Origin: Octopus vulgaris
Taxonomy: Eukaryota
Direction: 5' to 3'
Assembly (NCBI GenBank): GCA_951406725.2
Contig: OX597816.1
Location: 136,028,001-136,092,000 of the forward strand
Length of the DNA stretch: 64,000 bases
Below, in pieces: positions 61,931 through 64,000 of the stretch; position 1 is the stretch's first letter, and each line of letters opens with the position of its first letter. The notes beneath the pieces were generated by a model. The model was not told the origin of the DNA and did no database searches. It saw only the letters and a list, made by a program, of their open reading frames with translations. A program made the translations under genes and the position numbers.

Positions 61931-64000
61931 TGGTGGTGGTGGTAGTGGTGGTGTGTGTGTGTGTGAGCATACAAGTGTGTGCATATGTGTGTGTGTGTGT
62001 GTGAGTGTATATCACCAATATCAACACTTTTATGATTTTTCTTTTACATAGAATTAGTATATAAGTAAAATATATTCATTTTATGGAAAATTTTTATGGA
62101 ATATTCATATAATCATTTTATTAAAAAATTATTGTCACTTACATTGTATTATCTTAATTATATCCACAGACTTCATGAAATTATTCTTATAATATTCCTA
62201 AAGGAATCATACAATTAATGACTAACCAACGACTAGGTTTCTCGGTAATCATTGCTTTCTTTGAAGCCAAGATCACCTTTGGCCAAGATCACCTTAACTC
62301 ATTAGCATTTAAGCTGGCCATACCCAACCCAAATATTCTACCTGTTTTATGTTCAAACTGGCCGGATCCAGCCTCTCACACCTTCCTGACAATGTTATTA
62401 AAATATGCAATCACATTATCCAAATCTCAAAGCTACAAGATAATGCATGATTGATTCAAAACAATGTGAATAAGATTTTTAATTGGACAGAATAATCTGA
62501 ATGCTAAAGGGTTATTTTTAATAGTAATCTAACATTAAATGAAAATGTAGAGATATTGTGGAGTAAACATGCCCTAAATGCTAGCCAAAATACCAACTTT
62601 CATTCCAAAGTATTGTATGCTTTTCAGAGTTTTATGTTATTGACTCTCACCAACAATCCTACAAATCTAATAACTCCCACCCACTCAGCTCACATAAATG
62701 TAAAAGAGACACAAAAATAGTAGCAGCATCCTTAATCTCATTAGCCCAAATCATTGTGCTGATTTGCACATCACCAATGTTAAGTGCAGAGAAACAGCAA
62801 CAATTGCACTCTGATAAAGTCTGGTCACTAGCCATTAATACTTACAGTTATATATAACAACAGGCTTGACAGTGGAGAAAAGCAACATGTGCAGACCATC
62901 AGATTGCACTTCATGTACTGAGGTGTTGTATGTTAGACAGCAATATATCTGGATCAATTAATCTGTAGATCACATTTAGTCATTCAATTGTCTACCTACG
63001 TGTCATAGGTGTGGCTTTTAAAGATAAGCTGGAGTTAAGTAACAACTGAAACAATATTTGTACTGAAACCTAACTAAATAAAGACAAAAACTATGAGAAC
63101 TTTAAAAATGTATAAGGATGAATGCATGTGTGTGTTTGTGAGAGGTATGCATGTTTGTGATTTTATTACAGTATTAAAGAAATAGTTGTGAAAGATTAGG
63201 TTGTCATGACTCTGTTGTAGGATATCCTCAAGGTTTCTAATCATGTACAAAATGCAAGTCATTAATGCAGTATTTAGATATCTTGCAGATTATGCATGTG
63301 TGTGCCAGAAGTTATGGAATAGTGAAAGGTAGTACGGTCCGCCGTTGTGATCTAGCTAACTTATTTTTTTAAATTTGTACCAAATAATAGTTTGACATGA
63401 TTACAGCCTCTTTACATACTTTTAGAATGCAATGTGTCCAGAACATTTCTATATAAGTCAATTTAGGAAGTTTAGAACCAGAAAGAAAATCACAATCATT
63501 GACCTTTCTTGTTATTTCTGTCTTGAAGAATGAAAAAACAACAAATACTTGGGGATTGACAAGACTATATTCAACATGAACAACTAAGGAGTATTATACA
63601 AGACTCAGAAAGGTTTGGCAGATTTCAAAAATTGTATCCCACAATGCATTTTCAATATCAGTACCAACATTCAGTTGGTGCTGGTGTTGTACCAACATTC
63701 AGGATAATGAACTGGATAGAGTAAATTCTCTTTATTGACAGAAGAACCTGAAATGTTTCAACATTAACTAGAAGCTTCCACTGGACCCCAGACCATATTC
63801 CTGCTCACCACTATCAGAGCAGAGATAGCTGTCCACAAGTGTGAGCCCTATGAGTCAGAGTGGTTCCAGTGCATCACCCTTGCCATCCTCCAGGACAATA
63901 CCTTTTTCATTTTCTCTGCTGGGACCATGAAGCAGTCTGATTTACAGGAAATTGTACATTCCACTCAATTTTTATCATTAAGATAATTTATTAAGATAAT

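Overview
AT-rich, microsatellite-laden eukaryotic DNA. The SINE families and repeat landscape suggest an octopus (coleoid cephalopod) genome; this is inferred, not proven. One host gene crosses the window on the minus strand: four GT-AG exons (22749-22890, 7194-7270, 4568-4679, 33-109) splice in frame into the N-terminal BAR domain of a RICH-family RhoGAP (ARHGAP17/ARHGAP44-like). Its first coding exon was not found in the window, and the rest of the gene continues left of position 1. Everything else appears to be intronic or upstream. It contains tRNA-derived SINEs, piggyBac-, hAT- and Tc1-type MITEs, Helitron-like elements, and decayed mariner, Tigger, Ty3/Gypsy, Penelope, R4/Dong and RTE fragments. 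The most striking unexplained signal is about 11 minimal type I hammerhead-ribozyme (HHR) motifs at 8 loci, in several unrelated short repeat families. They include divergent foldback elements with one HHR per arm (one headed by a tRNA-like Pol III promoter), 330-352 bp terminally redundant retrozyme-like units, a G3-C8 compensatory core variant, and an intact HHR on the host pre-mRNA strand. All structures were read by eye; no folding or database searches were run.
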